Source: Tubiluchus corallicola | Lineage: Eukaryota > Animalia > Priapulida | DNA: 64,000 nt | NCBI GenBank assembly: GCA_030141605.1 | Contig: JAQGDQ010000083.1 | Span: 124,001-188,000, forward strand | Direction: 5' to 3' | Shown here: piece by piece, positions 50,706-63,640 of the stretch | Position numbering within the stretch: position 1 is the stretch's first letter | Layout: every line of letters starts with the position of its first letter | Program-made: the position numbers and the translations under genes | Notes under the pieces: generated by a model | What the model was told of the DNA's origin: nothing | Seen by the model: only the letters and a program-made list of their open reading frames with translations | Databases searched by the model: none

Positions 50706-51829
50706 TTAAAAGAACGAAGCAGTGAACGCTCTATCATATGTTTAATACGTTTGTACATTTGTAATCAACTGTGAATAATCTTGGTTTTTTTTTCTGTGTT
50801 TAAATTTCGTTATTCGTCTCACTGGATATTAGCGAGTCTTTAATTGTAATTATAGATTCTTGAGAAACTGAAGTAATTTATTTGTCACTTTTGTATGTAG
50901 AACAAAGCGATAACGTCGAATTAATCCTTTATTACAAAGATGGATAGTTTATTACGTATTGTAACCAACTAAAATTGACCATAAAATTGATATTTATAAA
51001 ATCGTGAAATAACATTATGTAACGCATCTATTGGATGGACTACAATTTTTTCTTAATATTTTAAGCTACCTGATTATTTTTGCTGAACCATATTATGCAG
51101 AACTTTAGTACAAGAAAGCTAACACTACATTATGGAAAATGTTTTTTCTTATTCACGCGTAGGCCTGTTATGTACTGCAGCCCAAACGTTAATGGACGCT
51201 AAATAATGTAGTGTCTAAATTATTTGCTATAACAATTGCTCGATAAACAAACACACCTTGACAGCGCGTGTATGTGTGAGCAGATATCTGTGTTGTCATA
51301 TGCGCAAAAGCAGAGCTAAAATGTTGTGACTTAGTGCATTGCACAGATAATCTGTGACATTTTGTAGTGTTTTGTTGGTGACTTTTCCCGAAGTCAGCAA
51401 TAATTTTAAAGCACAAGTCACTTGCTTAGAACGATATGCAGCCAGCTGATCTAAAACGGAAAATTTTCTTTAAAATAATAATTTTATATACGAGCGTATC
51501 GTTCTTACAAATGTTCTCATTTGTATCATTGCTAAATGTTACCAGCTGTTAGAGAAGAGAACAATATAAACCTCCATAAAGAGCCATTTCATCAACCATC
51601 CACTCATTGTACTGGGATACTCATCACACACCGTATATAATTTTAGAATTTCAATCTAGCTGTATATAAGCTACAATTACAGCATTAATGAACCTTAATA
51701 TATATTAGTGCATAACTATTTAGTACAGATTGATATTTTTTTTGAAAATTGTCACAAGTTTCTATATTAACTTGCATGTGTGACAAAGTAGGTGGCCAAA
51801 TTTGAGCTTCCTCAAACTAAAAAAGGGAT

Positions 51830-52468
51830 ACCCTTGTGCCCTCCACAATACCGTCCACTTACATAAAGCTTAAAAAATTCGTTTTCAAAATTTATACCAC
51901 TTACGCACTGTCTTTTTGCATGCAGAGTTTGCGTCGGCCTTAACGCTGTATAAAACATGTAAATTGAAACTCCCACGATGACAGTTAGCAGCAGCCATTT
52001 TGACGATAAGTCATTTGAGGCAAGTTTAGATAACACTGAGTAAAATTTGGAAATATAATCTGAGCATTCGTAGCGCACACGTCACTAAGTAAGTAAAATT
52101 TTAATTTACTGTATCTTGTCAATAAGATTAAAAATATGTTTTTTGGTTAGTGAGTGGTGCACCCTGGAGGGTGAGACAGCGACATTTTACCTATTGGTGA
52201 AAACATTTTAAATAATTAAATATTTTCTATTCTAGTTACGTAAGTCATTTAAGCAGGTAAGCGAAATGCTAAGTAACATAGCTTTGCATAGAAAGTTTTT
52301 TGGGACATAGTCTAACATGTACTTTTCTTCCCCTGATTTACGTTGTGCATATATGACATCAGGTAATGAGGACGCGATCGGTACAGTGTCGGGGGGGGGG
52401 GGGGGGGAGTATTTGAAATGAAACAAACAAAAAATCCTTTCAACGGGAGGTACCCCTTTTCTTGTCCT
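51830..52468 (+). mobile_element. Family B element ending in a TTAA-flanked terminus
   Basis: Ends CTTTTCTTGTCCT|TTAA, the exact reverse complement of TTAA|AGGACAAGAAAAG at 8674-8690. Body shared with 46280-46790 and 2400-2690. Left boundary approximate. Confidence 0.65.
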
Positions 52469-52847
52469 TTAACATAAATAGCCTGCCGATTCACTGCATC
52501 ACTATACTAAGACAGAGATTCTCAAAATCATATTTCTTGCACTTCGCTTGGTTTCCCCGGTGTCTTCAACTCTGGCTCTTGGCACCACCCCTGTCATATA
52601 TGGCCTTTTCACTATGTTACTGTTACAGTGGCAATTATTAAGACAACTAAATTTACGATGTTTTTTTCAATCAAGTGAAAAAAGAAATCCTTATTCATAC
52701 AAAGACTGTATTCGATTTTAGAGCCTAATGGCGCGTTGTTAAGTGCTGCCAAAAGAAATATGGGTAAATGCGAAATGCTCATTGGATGCAGATAGAGATT
52801 CTTTCTCTCGTACGTATTTGTTTGGCATATTATTATTTTTTATTGTC

Positions 52848-52998
52848 ATTATCGTTAGTTATCGTTATTGTTATCGTTATCGTTATCGGTATTGGTATCG
52901 TTATCGTTATTGTTATCGTTATCGTTATTGCTATTGCTATTGCTATTTTGATTGTTATTGTTATTGTTATTGTTATTGTTATCGTTATCGTTATCGTT

Positions 52999-53033
<35 letters not shown>

Positions 53034-53075
53034 TATGGTTATGGTTGTGGTAATCGTTATCGTTATCGTTATCGA
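52848..53075. repeat. (TTATCG)/(TTATTG)/(TCATCG)n hexanucleotide repeat
   Basis: Directly visible. Confidence 0.95.
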
Positions 53076-53354
53076 CATTATACGCGATATACAGAATGTT
53101 AATTCTTTCAAGTTAAGAGCTTCTTCTACTGACTGAGATTTGAAAATTACCGCATCGAGATCTACTTTTTGCTCTGTAGGATAACATTTCAGTACCTTTA
53201 ACATCCACTGAGAGTTAAGAATTAAATAACGTCGCTAATTCTCAATAATTACTTTTAAGCATGGCGTGAACTTATCGCCGGCAGCTTTCTTATTAGAGTC
53301 AGTCCTAGAAATACACATTATTGCCACACCTGGTAATAAAACTACTAAACGTGT

Positions 53355-54196
53355 ACAGCGACACCGACAGTGACAGCGACAACAACAAAAACAACAACAG
53401 CTACAGGAACAGGAACAGCAATAGCGGTAACTGCATGTGCAGCAGCAACAACTACGATGACAACAACAACAACAACAACAATAACAGCAACAGCGACAGC
53501 GACAACGACAACGACAACAACAACAGCTACAGGAACAGCAACAGCAATAGCGGCAATGACAACACCAGCAGCAACAACCACAACAACAACGACAACAACA
53601 ACAGCAGCAGCAACAACAACAACAACAGTGACAGCGACAGTGATAACAACAACAACGACAACAACAACAGCTACAGGAATAGCAACAGCAATAGCGGCAA
53701 CGGCAGCAGCAGCAGTGACAACAACAACAACGGCAATGGCGACAATGACAATCACAACAACAACGACAACAACAACAGCAACAACAAAAACAACAACAAC
53801 AACGACAACAACAACAGCAACAACAAAAACAACAACAACAGCTACAGCAATAGCGGCAATGGCAACAGCAGCAGTGACAACAACAACAACGGCAATGACG
53901 AAAATGACAATGACAACGACAACGACAACAACAACAGCAACAACAAAAACAACAACAACAGCTACAGGAATAGCAACAGCAATAGCGGCAACGGCAGTAG
54001 CAGCAACTACAGCAGCAGCAACAGCAACAACAACAACAACAGCAGCAACAACAAAAACAACAAGAGCAGCAGCAACAGCAACAGCAACAACAACAACAAC
54101 AACAGCAACAACAACAACAGCAGCAACAGCAGTAACAGCAACAACAACAACAGCAACAACAGCAACAGTAGTAGCAGCAGCAGCAACAACAACAAT
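53355..54196. repeat. Long compound (AAC)/(AGC)/(GAC) repeat with higher-order units
   Basis: Block ACAGCTACAGGAA(T/C)AGCAACAGCAATAGCGGCAA recurs with variants about five times. Confidence 0.95.
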
Positions 54197-54692
54197 AAAA
54201 AAGGCGCTTCTTTGTACTACTCATTTGCTATTTCTAATTACGAAATGTATAAAATCTTGGGTACGTTTATTGCGATGTCGTTTCATTTGCTACATTAAAA
54301 TTGGCAAAATCTTGCCTTATAATTGCGCAAAACTTGTAAAATTATGCGCTTAATTAACCATGAATTGATGTGCGCGCACTATTTTTACTTTTATACCGTT
54401 TTGTGCGCCATTTAACAAATTCTTCATCAATTACTTTATATGAGCTTGGGCAGGCCTGGGGCAGTTCATTTAGCAGCGGGATCCTCACTTCTCGTTTGTA
54501 TAACGAGAAGAACAAACGTGTTGAACTAAATTTCAAGCTTATTAGTCCCCGCGTAGATGTGCAATTTTCAGTTGCGCAATTAAAAGTTGTGCAGCCGAAA
54601 ATTGTAGCAATTTTACTCGTGCACCAAAATCGCACCCCCAGACAAGCAATTTTAAATTGCGCAACTGGCGCTATGAAGATTGAAGAGGTAGT

Positions 54693-54816
54693 CAGCGATT
54701 AGTGAAAGGGCGATTTTATAAGCTCTATGACCACTTTTACTGGCTTCATCCGAGTAATTTAGTTATTATCGGATGAGTTCAAATAGTTTTGATGAACTGC
54801 TGCGTAAGCTCGACAT
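54693..54816 (+). pseudogene. PIF/Harbinger transposase N-terminal remnant
   Basis: QRLVKGRFYKLYDHF..HPS [frameshift] FSYYRMSSNSFDELLRKLDI resembles the Harbinger F..Y(F/Y)RMS..SFDELL motif. Confidence 0.55.
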
Positions 54817-55064
54817 CAAGTGGAGAAGCGTTACAGCATTACCTGAGAGAAACGACTCTTATCTTTGGCCTTCTCTTACTATACTGTGGGCATATTTTAC
54901 AATATAATCCATGCAAAATTTAAGCTCAATTGGTGTAGCAGCTGCACCATAATGTGATATGCTACCTTAATAACAAAAACTGCTTAAAAGTGAACGAATG
55001 GAGCCATCTATGCAGTTAAAAGACTCGAAATATTAATACAAATGTTGTTTAGCGATGAAAGATC

Positions 55065-55171
<107 letters not shown>

Positions 55172-55689
55172 TTTACAAACATAAGCTCAAGTACAATTAA
55201 TAAATGACACAATTAAAAAAACAAGGCATACAGGAACACGTCCCTACAATTACAGGGTTCTTTTTAAGCGCAGTATATTAAAAAATACCATAATTTATGA
55301 CAAACACATCTACATATGTTTCACAGTGCTAATTGAATACACTAATTCTTAGCAAAATAAGTCGTACCTTTTAATTTAGAATCAACTATTGTTGAAATGT
55401 TATGCAGATAGTTAATCAACAGTTTCTTAAGTTTTACATGTCTGCGCGGACCTTAGGGTTTGGATATGTCTGAATATTCGTTACTGTTTTTAGACGGAAG
55501 TTCCTTATTTTTGCCTTATAGGTATAAAATTTGCTGAGTAGGACCCCCAATAAAATCAGTTGCCACATCTAGAAGACAGTAACAACTGCAGCAACAATAG
55601 CTGTGGTAACAACAACAGTTTCAGCAAAAGAAGCAATAGCAAAAAATGTGTCTAGCTCTTAAATTATGTCTACAATTTCAACAGGTAGC

Positions 55690-56095
55690 CTGTTTTCAGA
55701 TTTAAAGTGTTTTGAAAGTATTAAACATTTTTTGCTCGATTGCCCTTTGCATGTTGCTAGTAGAGAGGACCTCAAAGAACGACTAACAAACCTATACCAA
55801 ACAAACACATTACCTTTTAATATAAATAACTTTAACCCACAATTAGAAACTTCAGTTTTTCTTTCAGGTAGTTCACTACTAAGTTATGAACAGAACATCA
55901 TTCTATTTGATCTGGTGCAGCAATATATTGGTTCATCTAACCGTTTTAATTATCATAATTAACAATTGGAATAGTTATGTATATTTTGTGATAGATTTGT
56001 TTTTCCTGTCAAACTGCACTCCTGTAAATTTTGCAGCCTGAAGCAATTTGATCAGCATTTATTTGCTAAAGGCAATTATTTCAAATAAATGTTTA
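55690..56095 (+). mobile_element. LINE 3' end with zinc-knuckle remnant
   Basis: CFESIKHFLLDCPLHVASR...FLSGS...NIILFDLVQQYIGSSNRF* (E..HF.L.C motif and S.RF terminus typical of non-LTR ORF2). AATAAA at ~56084. Confidence 0.75.
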
Positions 56096-57625
56096 CAAAA
56101 AATGTTTTGCAACATAAAACATTGAAAATTAAAGTCACTATAGCTGGAAGTTAACAACAGAATATTATTGGAAACATTAGATTGATTTTAAACCCAGTCA
56201 CGTGGTTAGATCGACTCAAACGTACCACGCCTTCAATTAATTATAATATAATTATTATGCAACGCGTTAAATTTTAATTTTCTCGTACACTTCCGTTCCG
56301 TCACAAAAGACAAGTCTAAAGTGAACTTGTATCCGACCCACTCAAAGCGTCGAGTGTAATTAGACTTTATGACTCATACTCGTTCATCGTTTTAATTATT
56401 TTTTCAGCAATAAAGCGGTATGATTACAAACCAAATCAAAAATACCGTGTTAATTACCATGTTGCGTTCTTTATGATTGCTCTAGTAATCTTGTTATGCC
56501 TCTTTTGAACGGGGATTCTCTAATCAAAGGCAAATGTTTTTAATTCACTCAAAGCAAATCAGAGTAATATAATACAGATGCTGCTGATACGTGTTTTTAG
56601 CTATTAAAAAAGAGAAACGCTAAAACAAAAAACGAAATTTGTGAAAAGAAGAGAAGCAAAAAGAAAAATGATGGTTATGGTGGTGGTGATGATAACGACG
56701 ACGACAACAACAACAACAACAACAACGACGGCGGCGGCATCATGACGATGATGATGATGATAATTATTTTGACGATAACAGTGACCACAACGACCGCAGT
56801 GGCAACGACGATGATTAAGATAATGATGGTAGTGCGTCAGTTAGTCAGTTATGACAAAAAAAAGTTAATATTGACGGCAACTTATATGTCTGTGTCCCAA
56901 TTTCTCGTTTTTGTGTTTTTTTCATCACCATTTTTTCTTTTTTTAAATTATCTTTTTTGTGTCCACTCATTTGTTAAGTTCACTCTGCACAAGTTTTCTT
57001 ACAATTTCGACTTGTTGTGTCTTCATGTGCTGATGATTTATAAACTTTGTATATTACATATTGTTCTGTATGTACATGTACACATTGGCATTGTAAAATC
57101 TAAAAGTAAATGCGCAATAGTTATCTTTCCGTCTGCGCAGTAGCTGTTGAGATTTTTGTCTTTGACACAGGCGAACTTACATTTGCTTGTCATGTTCAAA
57201 TTCCATTGAGACTCTTATGGTAAGGTTACACGATTGTCAGCAATGCTTCGAATGTCAGAGCTAATAGATAAAGCATGTAAAATGCTAAGCGTTACAGTTT
57301 GATAGATTTCATGATAATGACCAAAAAGCAAGAATGCCCGCTTTAGATTCATCCCGTGTTTCACTAGTCAGTGATTGAACTCAATTACAGATTCTTGAGA
57401 AGCTACTAATGATTAGTATTTTGATGAAAAGTTTTTATTGATTTTACACTGAAGAGGAAAATGGTGTAATCTTGCACGTCTGATACGCTTGGCGGCGCTG
57501 CGTGTGTGGTTTAGATTGTTGAATTTCCAAGAGAAAGTTCTTTTTCCATTTGAAGAACTCGCGTGCAGTGTTGTTTCTGTTGAAAACTTTTACTAGGACA
57601 GGGTTTATTATGTATGATTGTATAT

Positions 57626-57858
57626 CGTTTCGCCAGTCTACTTTTTTCGCCAGGCGAAAAAGTAATTGGTGAAAAAGTGCACTGGTGAAAAAGTAGACTG
57701 GCGAAAAAGTGCACTGGCGAAAAAGTAGACTGGCGAAAAAGTGCACTGGCGAAAAAGTAGACTGGCGAAAAATTGCACTAGCGAAAAAGTAGACTGGCGA
57801 AAAAGTGCACTGACGAAAAAGTAGACTGGCGAAAAGATAACTGGCGAATTGGGGGATT
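57626..57858. repeat. 16-bp alternating tandem array with an inverted leading unit (transposon subterminal-like)
   Basis: CTGGCGAAAAAGTGCA / CTGGCGAAAAAGTAGA alternate ~12 times. Preceded by the inverted TTTCGCCAGTCTACTTTTTTCGCC. Confidence 0.9.
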
Positions 57859-58399
57859 ACCATTATGTATAATGTAGAACCAGGTATAATTTCTGTGAAA
57901 GTCACGTGACCTGTCTTGTGATTGGCTAGGTAGAATTGGGGAAGGGATCGATATCAACATTGTTCTTTACCTTTTGCATTGTTGTTGATAGTGAGGTTAG
58001 AGTTTATGACCGTGAAAAATATACTAGGCCCTGTATATATATACAATATATATTGTATATGCAAGAAATATATACAAGAAACGTTATGAGGGTATGTACA
58101 TTACATTATTTATACGTACATAATATAAGATGCATTACACAACTGCTTATGAAAATAAACGATAATGTTAATCGCGATAATGTTAATGTCATTTACCATT
58201 AATAAATATTTTTCCTAGTTTTTATCTAGTAGGAAGCTGTAAAAAATCAAAATTCTTCTTTACGAAGTTCTTTTCTTTTCTTATAGTGACCTGAAGGACC
58301 AGTCTCTTCATTAATCACCAGTGGCTAGCGGCAGCAGTCATACTTCAGTGGACGCTGAACGTTAATTTGCTTTTACTGGCGACCATATTATTCCAAAAC

Positions 58400-58670
58400 A
58401 TGTCGAATTCCACCGATATATCGAGAACTAACTTATCCTACAGCACGGAGCTAAAATTGGACCATAACTGGGAAATAGTGTTTCTAACAATGGCGTACGT
58501 GATAGTGTTCATTGTGGGAGTGGTTGGAAACAGTTTTGTGTTAGCTGTGGTGATTCGAAGTCCACACATGTGGAACGTTACCAATCTTTTCATTGCTAAC
58601 CTTGCGGCGGCGGACATATTGGTGTTGCTCTTCTGTTTACCTTTTAATCTAGTCAATAGTTTATTTGCAA
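58400..58670 (+). CDS. Rhodopsin-family neuropeptide GPCR, first coding exon (SIFamide/neuropeptide FF receptor-like)
   Basis: N-terminus with N-glycosylation sequons (NST, NLS). TM1 [20 protein letters not shown] (GN, N1.50), ICL1 [12 protein letters not shown]2 [18 protein letters not shown] (D2.50). Donor A|GTAAGT phase 1 at 58670/58671. Upstream acceptor TTTTCTTATAG| at 58286/58287. Subfamily assignment is from recalled motif similarity. Confidence 0.9.
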
Positions 58671-59565
58671 GTAAGTATGCACACTTCTAACGGTAATCAT
58701 TCATTTTAAACACTAAAATAGAGCCAATGGCAGATTCATCTGTAGCCTTATTGTAAGGTGAATTGTTCATTGCACCCTAACATAGGTAAGAATTGTTACT
58801 AATATAATTAATTAGTTAATGCGCATGTACCAGGTAATTAAAAATTATCAAATTTTGCATTTAAGACGAATGAAAATTGAATTATTGTACGAATGTGTTA
58901 GTTTATAATAAAATAATGTTCAATAATGGGAAAGAAGAGACACACGTGACTATCTTTAAATAATAATTTAACAATTACGTATTTAAAATTAATGTTATGA
59001 GGACGTCGTATAGGGACTATAATCTTCAGGTACAGCAGTGAACTCTTGTGAAACTTTTCTAATTTGTAAGAGCTCAAGCTCATTACCCAGTAAGAATGGT
59101 GATTGGTTGAAAAAATTCACCGAAAAAAATCAAGAAAGCCCATTGGAGAAATTATAGGCTTACAAGCGAAGGGAGCTTTTTGGTAATTTGTTTTTAAAGA
59201 CTATTATCGTTTTATTCTAATTAAAATAACTGTTGAGTTTTCAGTGAAAAAAAAACAGAAAAAGCACATTCTGTTGTGACGATCACTTGTCGTGACCTGC
59301 ATATTTTTCCAGCATTATTCGAAATTCGAAATGATGCCTAGTATTTGTTTTAGACAATATTTCAAGCTTCATCCAATAGTAACTTGTTTACTTTTATCAG
59401 ATAATTATTTAAAACACTTTCGTTGGCAACTTTGTTTTGTTGCGCGATATTACATTTATTTCATGCGGCAATATTTTTGTTTTCTAAGAACTTTCTTTGT
59501 AATACAGCAATCTCATCGAAGCTTATTTTTACGATAAAATAAATTTCTGACTATATAATAACTAA

Positions 59566-59671
59566 AGGTGCTTTCATATTTTTACGGAATGTACTTCCAA
59601 CGAAACAAGTGAATAATCGTCTGCCCGATCGACATCATCGCAGCACATTCTGTATGCATGTGAAAGTACCT
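59566..59671. mobile_element. Small Harbinger-type MITE
   Basis: TAA|AGGTGCTTTCATAT ... ATGTGAAAGTACCT|TTA: 14-bp imperfect TIR with TWA flanks. Confidence 0.6.
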
Positions 59672-60229
59672 TTACCATTATCACGTTTCTTCCGTTCTTA
59701 TGGCCACCATAACACCCACTTTATCAATTTATTTTCACACCTGAAGGCCAGAGATAAGATTTGATTACAATTTTTTTTCATTTGCTTGTAAAAATACATG
59801 TAGTTTGTATGTTAAAATAATTGTGCAAATGCAAGTAATTTCGCCTTTACCTACAAGGCTTTTAATGTTTGTTCAACTCAACAATTAGGGTTGTTTAGAA
59901 ACAATTTACCAGCACATTTCTCTCTAAGTGTTGCATTTAATGAGAAGGGATGCGCTCGTCTAGATTGTATTTCTATAAACGTGCAAATCTGCGTCATAAA
60001 ACAAAACCAAACTAGCAAAGGGTAGATTAAAAACAGACAAAGTTACTGGCAATGATAACAAGAACAGATGACATCGACAATGAGCTACCGACGACGACGA
60101 CGACGATGAAAACATTGGTGAGTGATGTTGATGTTTGAAGGATGAAAAAAGAATGAAGGAGGTATAGTTGTTGTAAGACGGTTTTGCGTATTATAGCAAT
60201 ATTATAACTATAGGGGAATAATGTTCTGA

Positions 60230-60640
60230 GAAGTGACGAAAACAATAGTGACGACGCGAAATAACGATGACGATGTAATGGTGATGGTGATGTTGATGAT
60301 GATGATGATGACGATGATGATGATGAAAACGACGATGACGACGACGATGATGACGATGACAATGATGGTGATGATGATCATCATCATGATCATGATCATG
60401 ACGATAATGGTGATGAGGATGATGATGATGATGACGACGACGACGACAATGATAATGATAATGAAAACGACGATGACGACGACGATGTAATGATGATGGT
60501 GATGTTGTTGATGATGATGATGAAAACGACGATGACGACGACGATGGTGACGATGACAATGATGGTGATGATGATGATGATGATGGTGATGGTGATGATG
60601 ATGATGATGATGTAGATGATGATGATGATGATGATGATAA
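60230..60640. repeat. (GAT)/(GAC)n microsatellite
   Basis: Directly visible. Explains the poly-His/Ser/Met ORFs. Confidence 0.95.
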
Positions 60641-61179
60641 ATTCTACTCTTATCCACCAGGCTAAGTTTTCTTTGCATAATCTCTGCAGTAGTCAATGAT
60701 TGCACGACAACAAACACTCATAAAGAATGGAAGACTTCCCTTTGCTAATCAGAGGAAGCTCCAATCACATTCATTCTGATAATCCGCTATGAAAAAGTTA
60801 TTGTGCAGTAAGAACCCACTAATGACGACAGAAAGATTGCTGTTGATCGCCGTGAAAGAATATCGGCGGATTTAGCAAGGATTATTTTATGAAGTGGCTC
60901 AACGAAATTTGTCGAGGATTATGCAAGATTAAATAAGATGAATACAATTTTTCAGAAATAATATTGTTTGCAAACAGAAGCTGAAACTTGACGCTAAAAG
61001 TTTTTTATGGTCTTGCGAGCTTACTGAATTATGGCGCCCGAAAAATCGTGGAAAGTGCTTGTTGGTCAACTTCTTATCGAGAGGAGATTATTCTAGTCTT
61101 GAACGGAGTGTTCAGAAATTAGAAGTTGGAAAAAATTTAAGGAAGACCCGAAGTAATAATTGACGTAGCAGCATTGTCT

Positions 61180-61250
61180 TGGGTTGGTTGGCCGACTGGT
61201 CTAGATTTCGGACATGCAGTCTTGAGTTCGAGACTACCGGCTACCAATGT
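61180..61250 (+). mobile_element. Degenerate tRNA-like SINE head
   Basis: A-box-like TGGCCGACTGG and B-box-like GAGTTCGAGAC at plausible spacing. Confidence 0.3.
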
Positions 61251-62346
61251 CAGGGCACATACCCTACATATTCGTGTTTAAGTGTCCTTATCCATATTGT
61301 TTTAAGTATAAGCCGCTAAATAACTGTTAGTGCAAGTGTTGTCTATTAAACAAGCGACAGCAAATAAATGTTGTCCTTGTCTTACGAGGGCACGCTAATC
61401 CACTACAAACATTTAATTTCAGAACAAACTTAAATTTAACAAAGCAAGCAAAGTCCCACTTCTAAACTTCCAAAGTACAAACTGTTTCCAAGCAATAAAA
61501 GTTTGTCTTGAAACTGTATAAACTTGTCTTGAAACAGAAAAATATTCCGTTGCATATGGATAACTAAAAGCCGATACGGCAGCCCGCAGCACCAAGGGGA
61601 GACTTGCACTCGCTGTCTGTTGTTAGACCTAGCGTAATAAAAATGTTGACTTAGATACAGAATATGTTTTGTACGTATGTTCTTTTCGTGCGTAAATTTT
61701 TCTGTATATTTTGAGCAAATAACTAAATTACCGTACAAAAATACCACTTTAGGGGCCAATCAAAAGTTTCCCGAGTTCTGCTGAACACTTGGAGTTTGAC
61801 TATGTTTATACGCCCTTAAAAGAGACACAGAAGAAGAGGAGAAAGCAGAGAAGGAGGAGAAAGTTAATAATGCGTAAAACCGCTGCCTGCAGTTAAACGA
61901 TATATTTTGCTTTATGAAACTGTCCAAGGGCAATTGGGTGTCCCTAAGTAGACTCGCGGACGTTAGACTTTCATATAATATTACTCCTATCAGCATTTTC
62001 ATCAAAGTTTCATTTGTGTGTACTTTACATATATTGCTTTTCTCAAATTTCATCATTATGAATCCTAATACAAATGCGAGTGTTGGACTGACTAATACTA
62101 CAAGCGCAAGAAAAATAGCGCATGCCTGCTTCCATGCTGGATGATAGACCAAATTTTTTTTCATAATTCTTGAGAATTTTTTACAAGCTTGCTGCTAATT
62201 TTGTGAATATATCCAATTGTCATCAGTGATCTTCAAATGACATCTGACTTCATATAAAGCGATGTATTTGAAATAGTCAACTCACTGGCAGCCTGTAGTT
62301 TAGAAAACCAAACTCTTTAAACCACCGACCTCCTCATGAAATCTGG

Positions 62347-62424
62347 CGTAAGTGAGTAGGACAGGAAGTGACGTAACTAGGAAATGACGTAAGTGAATAG
62401 GACAGGAAATGAAGTAACTAGGAA
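62347..62424. repeat. 41-bp tandem duplication rich in GGAA(G/A)TGACGT motifs
   Basis: CGTAAGTGAGTAGGACAGGAAGTGACGTAACTAGGAAATGA followed by a near copy. Confidence 0.8.
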
Positions 62425-63039
62425 GCCCGGGACACTCTATCTAACGTTGCCACAACCCAGTTTTGAAGTAAAATGAACTAAAAAAATTTCAAATATCAAA
62501 AGATTTCAGTGTTGATGATGATTACATCGAGTCTTTTAAATAATAGAACACGATAAAGGGAAAGAAAATGTAAGTCAATTTATCCAAATATAGAAACATT
62601 GGTACTATAACGGTCCATTGCCTTTTGGTTCCAATTAATCATAAATTATTACCATAATAATAACAACATAATATGGATATCATTGTGTACTAGCAAACTG
62701 AATATAAAATAAATAGATAATCAAGACTTATGAATTATGATTATATATGAGTTAGGCATTAATGTATAAACAAATTATATTTTATCTTAGTATTTTATGT
62801 ATTTTTATTTTCTATACGAATGTCAGTTTTCGACCCTCTTTTAAACCTACTTTAGACCTCCCGAATGATCTGTTTGACCTCTAAAGTCGAAGCTGACCAA
62901 TTCTGGAACCCTGCTGTAATTTGTAAAAATTTCATAAGCAAAACTTTTATTTCCTGTTATGTAACACAAGGGGATCAAACTTAGCATTCACCCACGTTTG
63001 TTGAATGCGTACTAATCACTTGCCTGACTAAGATAAAAC

Positions 63040-63316
63040 CTGCGCCGGGTTTAGGTATCAGCTGAGTAAGCGACAGCTTAGGGCCTCACAATCTACATGG
63101 GGCCTCAACAAGGTTCCAGATTGGGTTTTATACCCATTTTTATATTTAAGTAATAATTTAGTAATGTTTTAGTCAAGTGTATTGTTCTCTTTGCTATAAA
63201 TAATTAAGCCACGCATATTTTCAAGTTTTCTGGGACCAATTGGCGAAATTTAAAAAAAGAGGGCCTCAGAGCCTTATATAGTGCTTATATCCTCACCAAG
63301 TGTGAATACGGCACTG
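63040..63316. mobile_element. hAT-type MITE
   Basis: Perfect 8-bp TSD GATAAAAC (63032-63039, 63317-63324). Degenerate TIR CTGCGCCGG / TACGGCACTG. GGGCCTC subterminal motifs. Confidence 0.8.
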
Positions 63317-63396
63317 GATAAAACACCGCTTCGGACTTATGGGTCATGTTTAGTCTATTTTATACGTGTTATTGTGAAAACAAAATGGTATATCTG

Positions 63397-63640
<244 letters not shown>

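Noticed and set aside
60780-61150. Possible transposase remnant or next GPCR exon
   Set aside because: No open frame with TM3/DRY or a convincing DDE motif, and multiple stops.
61760-62164. 134-aa - strand ORF with a hydrophobic stretch
   Set aside because: No recognisable domain or splice support, and it lies antisense within the presumed GPCR intron.
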